Shown piece after piece: positions 22,893-34,798 of a DNA stretch of 64,000 nucleotides. Every line of letters starts with the position of its first letter. The first letter of the stretch is position 1. The position numbers and the translations under genes were made by a program. The notes under the pieces were generated by a model. It searched no databases. It was not told where the DNA came from and saw only the letters and a program-made list of their open reading frames with translations. The DNA comes from Moniliella sp. 'wahieum' (Eukaryota): the NCBI GenBank assembly GCA_003971905.1, contig RSEE01000048.1, positions 124,001 through 188,000 on the forward strand. Direction: 5' to 3'.

Positions 22893-23817
22893 TTAGTAGC
22901 AGATGCGGTAAGAGCAGTATCGCCCAGCCGTCTCGGACGCTGATAAAAAAGAACGGACGGATCAGTATTACTGACTGATCCAACAACTTTCCAGCAGGGT
23001 GAAGGACACGTACGCCGAATGATCCGAAACTACTTGCCCCCGGGCCAGGCCAAAGTAGCGAGCAACCGGGTCCGTGGGAAGGATACGGGGAAGCTGATTT
23101 TCCTTCAATCGGCTGAGAAACAGAAGTGGGGCGGGTGCATTAACCGGTGAGCGATTATTCCAAGATCAGGGAGGGTATGGGACTACTAGCGGGCAAGCAG
23201 CCTCCTTCTCCATGGAGTCATAACTTCGTGGGTAGGCACAAGTGTATGGGGTGATGTTGACCAGGAGCGAGGCCTCGTCGAAGTCCTCGAGGACAAACTG
23301 GTGCTGCATCCCTTCCAGCACTTCTTCGCTATCGGGGTCATTTGGACCAAATAATGATTCCCCGGTGGATGTGTTGCTGCTCCAAAGCACCAATGAATTG
23401 GCGCATCGTCTTGATACCCACATTCGGTTCGTCAGAGTAAAATACATAGATCTTCTACATCCCCGAGCCGTCGCCAGTCGCGTGGAGCGGATCATTTTTA
23501 TCTGCCTCGGCAAAAAGTGAAGGGCTTTCCGGTCCACGTTGCCGCTGGGGGCAAATGCGGCTTGGAATTCTGCAAGCGAAATGTTGATCTCCTCGTCCGA
23601 GACTTGGTAGCCCTACCAAAGCCGGAAAAAAGCTGGAGTCAGCAGCCCATTTCGGTCACGCATACCTATCTCCCTCTGGTATCCCCCCCCCCCCGCCCAC
23701 ACACACCTCAGCGCATGCAAATAGCACACAATGAAAAGAACATACCCGATCCCGGACAAGCTCGTGGATGGTGCGGTTGACGCGCCAGAGACGGGCAACC
23801 TGCTTTTCCTCTTCCAT
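22893..23817 (-). CDS. RPB5: RNA polymerase I/II/III shared subunit Rpb5 (RPABC1)
   Basis: [40 protein letters not shown]...VGIKTMR...[11 protein letters not shown]...[22 protein letters not shown]...[14 protein letters not shown]. Confidence 0.96.
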
Positions 23818-24384
23818 GATGTGGTGGATGATGAGACCTGGAGTCCTGATGGTCCTCGAGGCGATGCAATCGCATGGTGGTGTGGTGGTGGTCTAAACCA
23901 ACAGCAACGCCTAGAGAGGAACAACAAGCAGCGAGCACCAGGGGATAAGCTGCAGAACAAGGAAAAACAAGAGAGAGAGAAGAGAAAACACGAACCCAGG
24001 CTTGAGGAGGAACTGAAGGGACATTGGCCAAAGCATGAGCCACCCGATGGCTCAACATATGAAGGACAAGTGGCTCGCGTTGGGCTCTTAATCTTTAAGC
24101 TTTCCCAGGCAATTTTGCCACCTCATTAATCCTTCCGCCCCTGTTGAAAACTGCGAGGGAGGGATTCGTCACACTTACATCACGTGAGGCAACATTTCAG
24201 CAAGCATTTCTCGAGCGTGGAACGAGGTCAATCGATTGAAACTGAGCATACGCGCGGGTCGCGCCAGGACGCGCCTCGGTTGATTAACTTCAAAAAGGCT
24301 TCGAAGTTTGAAGGCTCTTGAGGCTCAGCAATTCTCTATGCGCTCAACGCTCAACCACCAACCGCAACACATTGCTTTCGGATT

Positions 24385-25282
24385 ATGGCCTCATCCCAGG
24401 CCACACCCGCCAAGCGTACTACACATTCTCCCATGATGCATCACATCAAGGCGGAGCGCATACCCTCCCACGAGATGCTCCACATCCACGCGTGGCCTGT
24501 ACTGGCTGCACCAATGTTTGGAGTGCTCACCCAGAGGGAGACCGGTTGAAGAGCTATGACATGGACTAAACCACAGATGTACCAGGGACCATGACCCTAA
24601 AGGGACATTTGGAGGTGATGGACACGAGCTACGCACTGGATCTTGTCCCGTTTTGCGCCAGATGGATGCCTTTTTCCTTGCATATGACGCCTTTGTCATG
24701 GGCCGACTTGGCTGGGGCAGAGATGTTGAGGGACGAGCAGGCGGGAGAACTGGGCAGAGTAGCCCAGAGCAAGGCCAAGGCAGCCGCGCAGTTGTGCTCA
24801 GTCATGGAAGAGCAAGAACGACTGTGGGCCGATGTTGCACAACAAGAAAGAGGACGAACGGGAGCGGGCAAGCATTGGTCGTACCCGCGATGAACCATAA
24901 GACCTGGCGCGAAGGATGTTAACGGAACAAGGAGGGGTAAACGCATTGGAGGCACAGCAGCAAGCCAAGGTAAACCGATTGGAGCAAAGCAGGAGGATCT
25001 GCATCGTGCGCGGTGCTCGACCCAGCAAGATAGACAAAGGCTGGAAGAGCTGGTCTGGGTCAGGATCGGACCCCAACATGGGGGGACCTGCGCAATGTGA
25101 TCCCAAGGCACAAGCGTCGTTTGCACTAGAGATGCGCGAGCAAAGGGGCTACTCTGGTACGTGCTCCTCCTTTTGTTGTGGCTGTGGGAGACTCCGTCGA
25201 GGATGAGCTGACGGAACAAGCTGCAGTTGGCCACGTGAAACCCACGCTACCCAAGGAAAGCCTGGATAGGTTGACAAGGTAG
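24385..25282 (+). CDS. Hypothetical protein, divergent from RPB5
   Basis: Chain of overlapping + strand ORFs from MASSQATPAKR to ...KESLDRLTR* with helical-looking segments; no family recognised. Confidence 0.45.
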
Positions 25283-25979
25283 GTCAATCGGAACTGGGAT
25301 CCCTGGCGCTTGGCCACAGTTTCGTGCCCAGGCCGAGCGGACGGCGGCCGCCGCCGAGGCGGCGGTGGCGTATTAAAACCCTATCCGATTCCTCGTCTAT
25401 ATGTTTTTGTTTCGGATGCATGGCGTATACACAGCGTCTTGGACGTGCTGCGCGCTGACGAGACGCCGCCGAGAGGTGAGCAAGCAGGCATCCGCAGCTC
25501 GTCCGGGCGGTTTGGTGTGTGCGCGCAAGCGAACCTCCGCGCGCGGAGTCCCGCGGCTGGCAGGAAAGGGTGAGGACAACAGTGTTGGCGGAGGGCGGAA
25601 CACTGCATGTGGGGGACCAATTCAATCCCTGCGCCGCTCGCTTATATTGTTCTGCTTTACACATGCGCCCGCAGCAACGCAGCAAAGTGGATTTCCTGCC
25701 GTGGGAGGCTTGTGCCGGGGACAGGTCGGTTGGCTCTGCGGTCTTCTGTGCCGACCATGCGCCCAGTGCCCAATACCCTGCGCCATGCTTCCCTACTGCA
25801 TCCCTTGCGCCCCCCCCCCGCCCCGTGCAGCACCCCCCCTGCATGGCAGCCTCCCGATCTAGGTATCTATATATAGCTCAGTCAGCCGACTCATTGCCTG
25901 CCTTTCCCCCCCCTCCCCCCACCCCCCTCCACCTCTCACCCCTCTCTGCTCCACCGCCAGTACCCTTGCCTTGTCCGCT

Positions 25980-28900
25980 ATGTCTGACACCAACTACGGC
26001 GTCCCCCCGCCTCCGTCCACGGCACCCCGCCGCTCTCACCTCGCACCTTCGCCATGGGTGCCACCCCGCCCAAGCGGCCTGGCTATGCCCAGTCCCAAGG
26101 CACCCTCTCGCCTCGCCCTGTCTCCTTCGCCTCTCGCCCGACGGGATATGGGCAGGCGGCCATGGGCGCCGATCTGTCCTATCATTCCGAATCCTTCCCC
26201 AACAGCTCGGGCCGTGTGCCCTTCACTCCGTCGTCCGCCGGTTCTCGCCCCGGCTCCATCTCTGGTATGGGCGAGTACTTTGACCCGGTCCAAGCCGGCC
26301 TCTCGGCCCGGCACGAGGTTGGCACGCGCCGTGGGTCGGATGCTTCCCACGCCTCGCTGCCTCGTTCGCGCATGGCCAAATTTGGTTCGATGGGGGGCGG
26401 TACTTCAAGCTACGGCACCGGTGCCGCTCCAACTCTCGCCGACCTGGTCGCCTTGGAGCGCTCGCAGCAAGTTTCTTTGTCGAATGGCCCAGGGGGCCAT
26501 GGAATCAATCCTGGCTCCCCGGCCATGTCCCACGCCTCGTCCCCCGGTGTGGGCAATGGGATCGGTATCAATGCCACTGGCCATTGGCCCGCCAGCCCCA
26601 CCCTTGGTGGCCGTCCCCTCTCTACTGGTGCAGGGGCCGGGGGTGGATTGGTTCGTCCTGCGAGCCCTGGCCTTGGTTTTCGTTCCGCCAGTCCAACCAT
26701 GAGCGGCTTCCGTCCGGCTAGTCCTGGCCTGGGCGGTTTCCGTCCCGCTAGTCCTGGCACGGGCGGCTTCCGTCCTGCTAGCCCTCGCCCGGGTGGCTTC
26801 CGCTCTGCGAGTCCTAGCGTGAGCGGATTCCGTCCTGCAAGCCAGCCCTTGGGGCATCAAACCCTGGTCTTAACACGACCAACAGTGGTCCATGATCGCA
26901 GCTGAAGCAGCTCCCGGCGGGTTTGTTGCTCCTACTGGCCCGCAGGGATCGTCGGATCACCACGTCTTTATCTTTGGATCGCAAGGACCGGCCCGCTTTG
27001 CCCAAGTTCTCCTTGCAATGGTCGAAAATGCCTCCCTTGGTCCTGCTCTTACAACTGGCACCAACGGGTATGCCAACGGCCATGGCCATGCCGGAAAAGC
27101 TCAGCCAAGCCATCCTTTGATCGGGTCGTTGGCGCACGTCGCTACATTCTTTCAGCTAGCTCAGGAAGCACTTCAGGAGCAGATTGAATCGATCCAACAG
27201 CCCGCCGATTTAACTGCCATGCCCAACATTAGTGCGTTCAAGAACCTAAAGACGCTCTGTCAGTATCACATTGAACTGGCTACGAGAATGCTGTTGTCAA
27301 TGGGGTTCTCCTTGTCATCCTTCAAGTCGCCCAAACTCTTAATGCCACAACCAAGTGGGAAGAAGAGGCCACAGCACAAGCTTCCCTCGACGGTACCAGT
27401 TCTGTTCTGACGCCGGCACCCTTTTTCCGGCCCGAGACCCATTTTGTCGGCTTCTGCACTGGGAACATCACAGCCATTCTGTTGGCCGCTGCCGATGGGG
27501 GCATCTGGTCCATCATCCGTCAGGGGATTACGGCACTTAAGGTTACTTTTTGGATCTCACTTCGCTCGGCCCTGGCTGCTGTAAGCTACCAACGTGAGCA
27601 AGCTCAACATGGTGCCCACGAACATGCACATGTTACCACTACTGCTGCCAAAGGGGCACCTGTAATCACTGGTATTGCTGCCTCCGCCTCATCTGCGAGC
27701 AGAGAAACAACTCCTGCATGGAGTTACGCGATCACGTCCGCATCGCTCGACATGGCCATGAAGTGGATTGGAGACTTCAATGACCGTATGGTACGTTTCT
27801 CTTATCCTATAAAACAGCATATTCTGACCATCTTTCTTATACAGGCCTCTGCAGAAGACGACAAACTTGTCGTGACAGCTGTCACCGCCAACAGCGTGTC
27901 AATTGGTGGTCCTCCTAAACGGCTTGAGACGTTTAGCGAAACCTTCCACGCGATTGCCCAAGACGATACTGCGGCCGCGGCTCGCTGCCTTCCTCTCAAA
28001 ATTCTCTCCTTACCATCACATGGCTCAATTGGCCACCGCTGTGAATGCCGTTAAAACCGACTTGGCCGCGCTTGACATCTCCATCTTGGGAGGACACCAA
28101 TCGGCCCTGGCCCGCAAGGTGTATAACATTCTTGACGGCAACTTGCTGAGCACGCGTAATTTGTCCGACGCCCAACTCATCGACTTCCTCGTTCAATCTA
28201 ACTTGAGCGACGTGAACCGCTTCGACTTGGTCACCGACAACTTGGCCTCCGAGCTCGCCACATTGGTTGGCCGTGGGCACGCCACTAGGATTGAGTTACA
28301 CTGTACTGCGCCCAGTGTGGGACTCGCCAACTCGATTCAAGCCGCGGTCCACAAACTCTTGCCTGAACATGATGGTCCAGCATCGGCATGGCATGCGCCC
28401 CATCAGTCCCACTCTCAAGCTCACCCCGACATTATTGTGCAAGACTTGAGCGCCACAGAGAAGGTTGGATCAATGGCGTCAACGGCCTATGTTACAACCG
28501 AGATGAGGAAGTGGCTATTGTGGCGATGACTTGCCGGTTGCCTGGGATGTGAACTCGCCCGAGGATTCTGGGCAGCCCTAAGGCACGCCGATGCACAGTG
28601 GAGGAGATCCCCAAACACCTATTTGACATCAACAACTACTATGGCGATGGGGTTAATCAAACACTGGCACGGCACATGCATCCTTTGAAGGAGGGTGTTA
28701 CTACCACCATGGATCTTCGCATCTGTAACATCTCACCCAAAGAGGCTGACCAGATGGACCCACAACACCGTTTGGCCATTCTGTGCGCCTACGAGGCACT
28801 CGAGAAGGCCGGGTACGCGCCCAACGCCACGCAAAGTTACGATTCTCGACGTATTGCGTATTTCGCTTGTGCTACGTCAGACGACTATCGCGAAAACGTG

Positions 28901-31900
28901 ATGGGCGGGCAGGGCATTGGGAGCTACTTTGTCTCAGGTTGTATCCGCGCCTTTATCCCAGGCATGCCCTCGTTCAGCTTCAAGTTTGAAGGGCCATCCA
29001 ATTCCTACGACACGGGCGAGACTAGTTCATTGGTCACGCTTGAGCACGCGGTACACGCGTTGAAGGCTGGCCAGTGCGACGTGGCTCTCGTTGGTGGGGT
29101 CAACGTGATGACCTCCCCCCACATGTTCATCGGACTCGATGCAGATGGGTTCCTGTCCCATTCGGAGCAGCAGGGAATGTTCTCTGCTGACCACCAGGGC
29201 GTAGTGCGAGGCGACGCCGCTGTTGTTCTATGTCTCAAACGTTTAGCGATGCTATTGCCGAGGGTGATGAGGTATGTCGACTCTACCTTCCCCATGACCA
29301 CTCCATTTACTGACCTTTTTGTCCTATGGGTATAGGTTCTGGCTACGTTACCAACGAGCCTGCACCGCACGCTTAGTTCCAAGATGAGCGCGGACGAGCA
29401 GGAAGTTGGCTTGCGCCAAGCCCTTTCGCACATTGGCATTTCACCTGACACTGTCGCATGTCGAGGCCAGTGGGTATTATGATGCACACGTCGAGGCGGC
29501 CGAGTTTCAAGCTGTCGAGGCCGTGTTTGGTCTCAGCGCAGATGAAACTCGGGCTGTAACCGTAGGAAGTCCCAAGGCCAACTTTGGCGCCTCGGAGGCA
29601 GCCATGGGCATGGTGCAAGTGATGAAAGCTGTCCTCATGCTCCAGCATGACCGTGTGCCTGCCCAGCTTCCTGTTCAAGACCTCAACTCCACCATTCGCT
29701 CCATTCACGATCAAGGCCGGGTTGTTCTTCCCTTTTCAGAGCGTACGTTGTCTAACGTGGGGCCCGAATCAGTGGAGCAACGCAAGACGATCGTCCATGG
29801 CCTGCTCAAGCGGGTACACAAGCCGTCACGCTCGTGACTGCTCCGCCTCGCCTTGCTCGTCCCGGTCCGTGTATCGACCAACGTCAAAGCCATATGTTTG
29901 CTATGTCAGCCAAGTCGCCCGAGTCATTGGAGATGATGCGGACTGCGTTGTCCAACTATGTGACAGAGTCAACGGACCTCCTGCGCCTGAGCTACACCCT
30001 GTCCGCCCGTCGCAACCAACATCCATTCCGTATCGCCTTCGCGGCTTCTTCTGCGACTGAAGTCAAGGCCAAACTTGCATCACTCCCATGGTGGAAATCA
30101 AAGCTCAGGGAAACGAGGTCAAGGAACCGTTGCTGTTTTTGTCTGGAGGCTTGCCCATGAACTATTGAGACGCTGGCCCAAAGCGACCCGGCCTACTCGT
30201 CTATGGTATCCGACCTTTCTAAGGTGGGCCAAAGTTTAGTGGGCCGCTTGCTCAATCGTCGCTTCCTCTAGCGGATTATTCGATGTTGATGGGCCTGGTG
30301 GGGGATATGACACTGGTGTCGATGATCCGCCACTGGGGAATCTCTCCTACCTTGATGGCGACCGGCTCGGGTGTATTGGCCGCACTGGTGGCCGCCGACG
30401 GTCTTTCTCCCTCCGAAGCAATGTTGGCTGGCATCTTGTCTCCCACGGTGGACCTTTTACGGACTGTTCTAACAAATTCCGGCACGCGCCCTCTCACGCT
30501 TTCGATTCAGCTTGTTGCAACAGGCAAGACGATCGGAGGTGACGGGAAGAGCATGGTCGCGGACCTGGTGGACGTTCTCATGGAGGAGATGATGGGAACA
30601 AGCGAAGCCACCCCTGTGTTCGGGCCGCAATGTGTTCTACTCGATATGAGCTGTGCCCCGCCCTGGCTTGCCCTGGCCACCTTTCTCGCTGATCTGCACA
30701 ACGCTGGGATCGAGGCGAATTCTGTCGAGGTGTATCGGCAGTACTTGCCCCAGCTCCGCTACCTTTCCGATCTTCCCACGTACCAGTTCAGCCTGACGCG
30801 GCACTGGATTGAATATACGGACCGCAACTTAATTCGTGATTATGACATGTTCGCTACGGAGATGGGTTCAGCTATGGGAGATTCGAGGAGTTTGACACGA
30901 GGAGGCGCTCACTCCCCCTGTGTACCCCATGCTGGGCAGAGTGGTCAAGTTCGCATTCTCAGACGAAGGGTAGACCATGGGTTTGGCCTGTCGGATGTGG
31001 CGGTGTACGAGTCGAGTATTCAAGCGGAGCCCATGATCCGCTTCATTCAAGGTCACTTGGTCAATGGGACGCCTCTTGCGCCAGCCACGCTCTATGCCGA
31101 TCTGGTTATGGAGGCAGCAATCGACGTGTTTACTCGCACGGGTATGTGGAACCCGGACAAACTAACGCCCGAGCTGCAAGCCCTCGACATGGTCCGCCCC
31201 CTCACTGTGAGGGGCGAAGCGGACGATCCCACCGTTATGGTCATCCGCGTCACCCGGGACTTCCACTCAGACCGGGTGTTTATCGACGTCAATTCGCGAA
31301 CGCCCAAGGCGGGGGGTGGCTGGACGGACACGAGGCATGCCAGTGCTCATGTACGACTGGTTGACCCAGCGGTATGGAAGACCACTTGGGCGCGATTCAA
31401 CACTTTGATTCACTCTCGCTACCGTGCTGTGCGGGCCAACGAGAAGGCTGACATTATCGGAGCCAAGCTAGCCTACTCGGCCTTTGAGTCGGTCGTGTCC
31501 TACACCCCTGGATCGGGGTTCCGTGGCATGCGGTCGATCGCGTTGCTTGAATCTACGTACGAGGCAGCAAGCAAGGTGGTCATGTCACCCCAAGCGCCTG
31601 CGGATGTGTTCCATATCAACCCGTGCTACATTGATTCCCTGGGGCAAATCACAGGCTTCATCTGCAACTCGCTGGCGGACCAGGCGCACGTGTTTATTGC
31701 AGATGGGGTAGGGATCATGCGCTTCACCAAGGCGTTGGCCGTCTCAGCTGAGAAGGGGGAAACGTTTGAGGTGCACTGTCAGATGGCTCCAACGAGCGAC
31801 GCCCAGACCGAGTTCACCGGCGATGCATTTTTCATGCGCGCCTCAGATTCGGCCATTGTGGGTGAGATGGTGGGGTGCGGTACAAGAAGGTGCCAGCCAA

Positions 31901-33893
31901 GGTGTTGCAGACCCTCCTCCCACCGCCGGGGGCTAAGGCCAAGAAGAGTAAGCCTAAGCGCCAGCTGCGGCTGCTGTGGCTGCACCCGCGGCTAGCTCTG
32001 CGCGGTGGCCACTGCCCCGGGGGGTGCGAGCGCAGCGGGGATCAGTGCGGTTGACACGTGTTCTCCAACATTATGGGCGTCATCCAAAGCGAGCTGGGCC
32101 TCGATTCGGCCATTGATGGATCCGCTTCGTTTGCCGATCTTGGATTGGACTCGCTTATGGCCATCGTCATCCTGGGCGGCTTGACGGACGTTCCGGTAGA
32201 GTTACCGCCGAGTCTCTTCCTCGATTGTCTTACTCCCAATGACTTGCGCACCTATCTCTCCGAGCCATGGGCGACGCTGGTCAGGTTGTGGTGGGCGGCG
32301 GGCTACGGGGACCGCCTCAGAGCCGGCGATCGTCATTTCGTCTGCCTCGCCGACAGGTGCGGGTCCTGGGCTACAGTCAGGCGGCAGCAAAACAGAGGAG
32401 GTGGTGGGCAAAATACGCCAAGTGATTACCACCGAGCTGGGTGTGGAGGATTCCGAGTTGACCGACTCGTCGGACCTAGCGGCGATGGGCCTCGACTCGC
32501 TCATGGCACTTCTCATCCTGGGCAATCTGGATTCGGAGCTGGACGTGGAGCTGGCCCCCGACTTGTTCATTACTTGCAACTCGATTAGCGATCTTCGTGC
32601 CCACTTTTCCAAGCTCCTCAAAGATTCTGCCCCGCCTGCACCTGCCCTGCCCCTGCCCCTGCACCTGCATCCGCACCTGCGCCAGCACCTGTCTCTGCTG
32701 TTGCACCCTCATCCGTGGCCAGCCCGCCGGCGGCAATGGTGATGCCAAGCGCTCCAGCTCCCGCAGTGGCACAGCAGCTCTTCCGACGATGTCTATGCCG
32801 GCGCCCCCCTCCCGGTCGTCTCCACATCGGTTCCCACTTCGACCATGATGCCGCAGATGGCCCGCGCGTTGGGAACGCCCCAGGGTACCGGCCCCCTTGA
32901 CGGCGCCTGCCCCCACCCCCCTCCTCCCCAGCCCGGCCGCGAAAGTACACGCCTCCTCATCCAATCCCCACCCCTCGCGAAGCATCGGCGGTGCCATTCG
33001 GAGTCGGTTCTGCCGCCCAGACGAGCACGACGACAGAGTTGGATACGGACCGTCCCCCGCGTGCTGGGGAGACAGCTGAACACTTGGCCGAGATTGAAGG
33101 CATTCGGATTCTGCCACCCCAACTGCTGTTCAAGAGTGACAAGCCCGATGCCCACAACATCTTCCTTGCTCCTGACGGGAGTGGTGTTGGTGCGGCCTAT
33201 GCCCAGCTAGGCGGCGGGCTGGGTTCGTGCAACATTTATGGCTCAACTCTCCGTTTGTGACCAACACGAAGAAGTGGACGGGCGGGGTGCGCAAGATTGC
33301 GCTAGCCTACCTCAAGTCAATTCGTACGATCCAGCCACAAGGACCTTACTACATCGGGGGCTGGTCCTTTGGCGGCGTGGCGGCGTTTGAGATGGCGACA
33401 TTGCTGGGAGGGTCATCGGATCCGTCGGACGAGGTCGGGGTGTTGCTGCTGCTGATTGACTCGCCACCGCCGTGCCGCTACCCACCTCTTCCGATGTCGA
33501 TGGTGGAGTGGATCACCACGTCGGACATGTGCCAACGCCGCCGACGCTGTCGGACCGTCTCTTGGCCCACTTCCAAGCGACGGTGGACAACTTGGCAGTG
33601 TATGGTGTGCCGCCGCCCATCTCCTCCTCGCTCTTGCGTCGGCCCAACCGCGTGGTCCACATTGCCGCCCGGCGCGGAGTGAAGTTGAGCGAGACGGATG
33701 TGCAACCAGACTTGGGCCATGAGACGATCAACTGGCTCGTCAGTCCGCGCCAGGGCTTGGGCAGCAATGGCTGGGACTACATCTGCCTGACAACATCATC
33801 GAGTGCAAAGAAGTCGATTCCAACCACTTTACCCTGGTCTACCCCCCGACCAGCCTCATGCTCGCCAAGCTCATTTCGCTCGCATGCCAGTAA
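25980..33893 (+). CDS. Non-reducing type I polyketide synthase: disordered N-terminus-SAT-KS(inactive)-AT(degenerate)-PT-ACP-ACP-TE
   Basis: SAT VFIFGSQ, GFCTG, PYHH. KS ISPKEADQMDPQHRL, GPSNSYDTGETSSL. Linker LPTYQF. PT IQGHLVNG...YIDSLGQITGF. ACPs GLDSLM x2. TE APDGSG, GGWSFGG, DSNHF. Introns 27791-27844 and 29272-29335. TATA at about 25868. Confidence 0.92.
26651..26846 (+). repeat. Coding tandem repeat, about 30 bp, encoding GFR[P/S]ASPxxx x7
   Basis: VRPASPGLGFRSASPTMSGFRPASPGLGGFRPASPGTGGFRPASPRPGGFRSASPSVSGFRPAS; codons vary synonymously between units. Confidence 0.9.
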
Positions 33894-34798
33894 CCCCCCC
33901 TCCTTCCTCCCCCTGTTACACCTGTTATGGCTTTCTTGTTTCGGCTTCGTTTGAACCATCCCTGCTTCTGGCACATTTGATGGCATGTTGATAAGACATG
34001 AATTAAGATTGGGTACATTGAACATGCTTGGCGGCTGTGGGCTCTGCCACCGAGGGGACTAGTACTTGGTAACTGAGGGGACAGCAACTGATACTTGTGC
34101 TCAGCGCGCGCTCAATGGACAGAGGTGCATCTTGAAGCTTGAACCTTGAACGACCAGATGGGCGAGGAAGGAAGAGACGCTCCTCATTAATCATTGATCA
34201 TTGTGTACACATCCTCCACCAATCCCACCTGGAATGGGGTGTGGCCAAGGCTTACTATAACTAGTGTGGCCCCGTTCGACGTGAGCGTTGGACGTTGAAC
34301 GTTGAATTGAAGGGCGCTGAGGCTGAGGGTTTGGCCCAGGCGCACTGGGCTTGGCAGAAGCGAATAGCCCACAGGGACGTTCAAGCTGGACCCTGCGCCG
34401 GCGCCCCCGACCTGTGACGGTGATCGGTGGCCGGCGCCGATACTCGGTCTGGAGCAAGTGTGGGCAAGACGTGGCGCAGGCCAGACAGATGCGCTGGAGG
34501 CCTGCGCCGGCCGGTTGGCGCCGCGGAGCGGCCAGCGGATGCTGGAAACACTGGCGTGGTGCGCTGCGGCTGGCCCGTGGCTGATGTCAGCGGGCGTGGA
34601 GGCAGCATCAGGCATCAGCCATCGGTGACGCTTCGTTCACGTTGAAGCGTGAGCTGCGAGCACAGTTGAAAGTTGCAGCGGGAAGCAGGAAGCGCGGCAG
34701 ACGCAAACCCCAAACCCAGCCACCGCCCCGTCCGCTCCACTCGACCCGCTTGTTTTCTGCCCGCCACACCACCCGCCCCCGCCTGCCCCCCTCCCCCC

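Noticed and set aside
22893..23817. RPB5 and other core genes as pseudogenes or programmed-frameshift genes
   Set aside because: Indels affect all genes alike, often at homopolymers, which is consistent with sequencing error.
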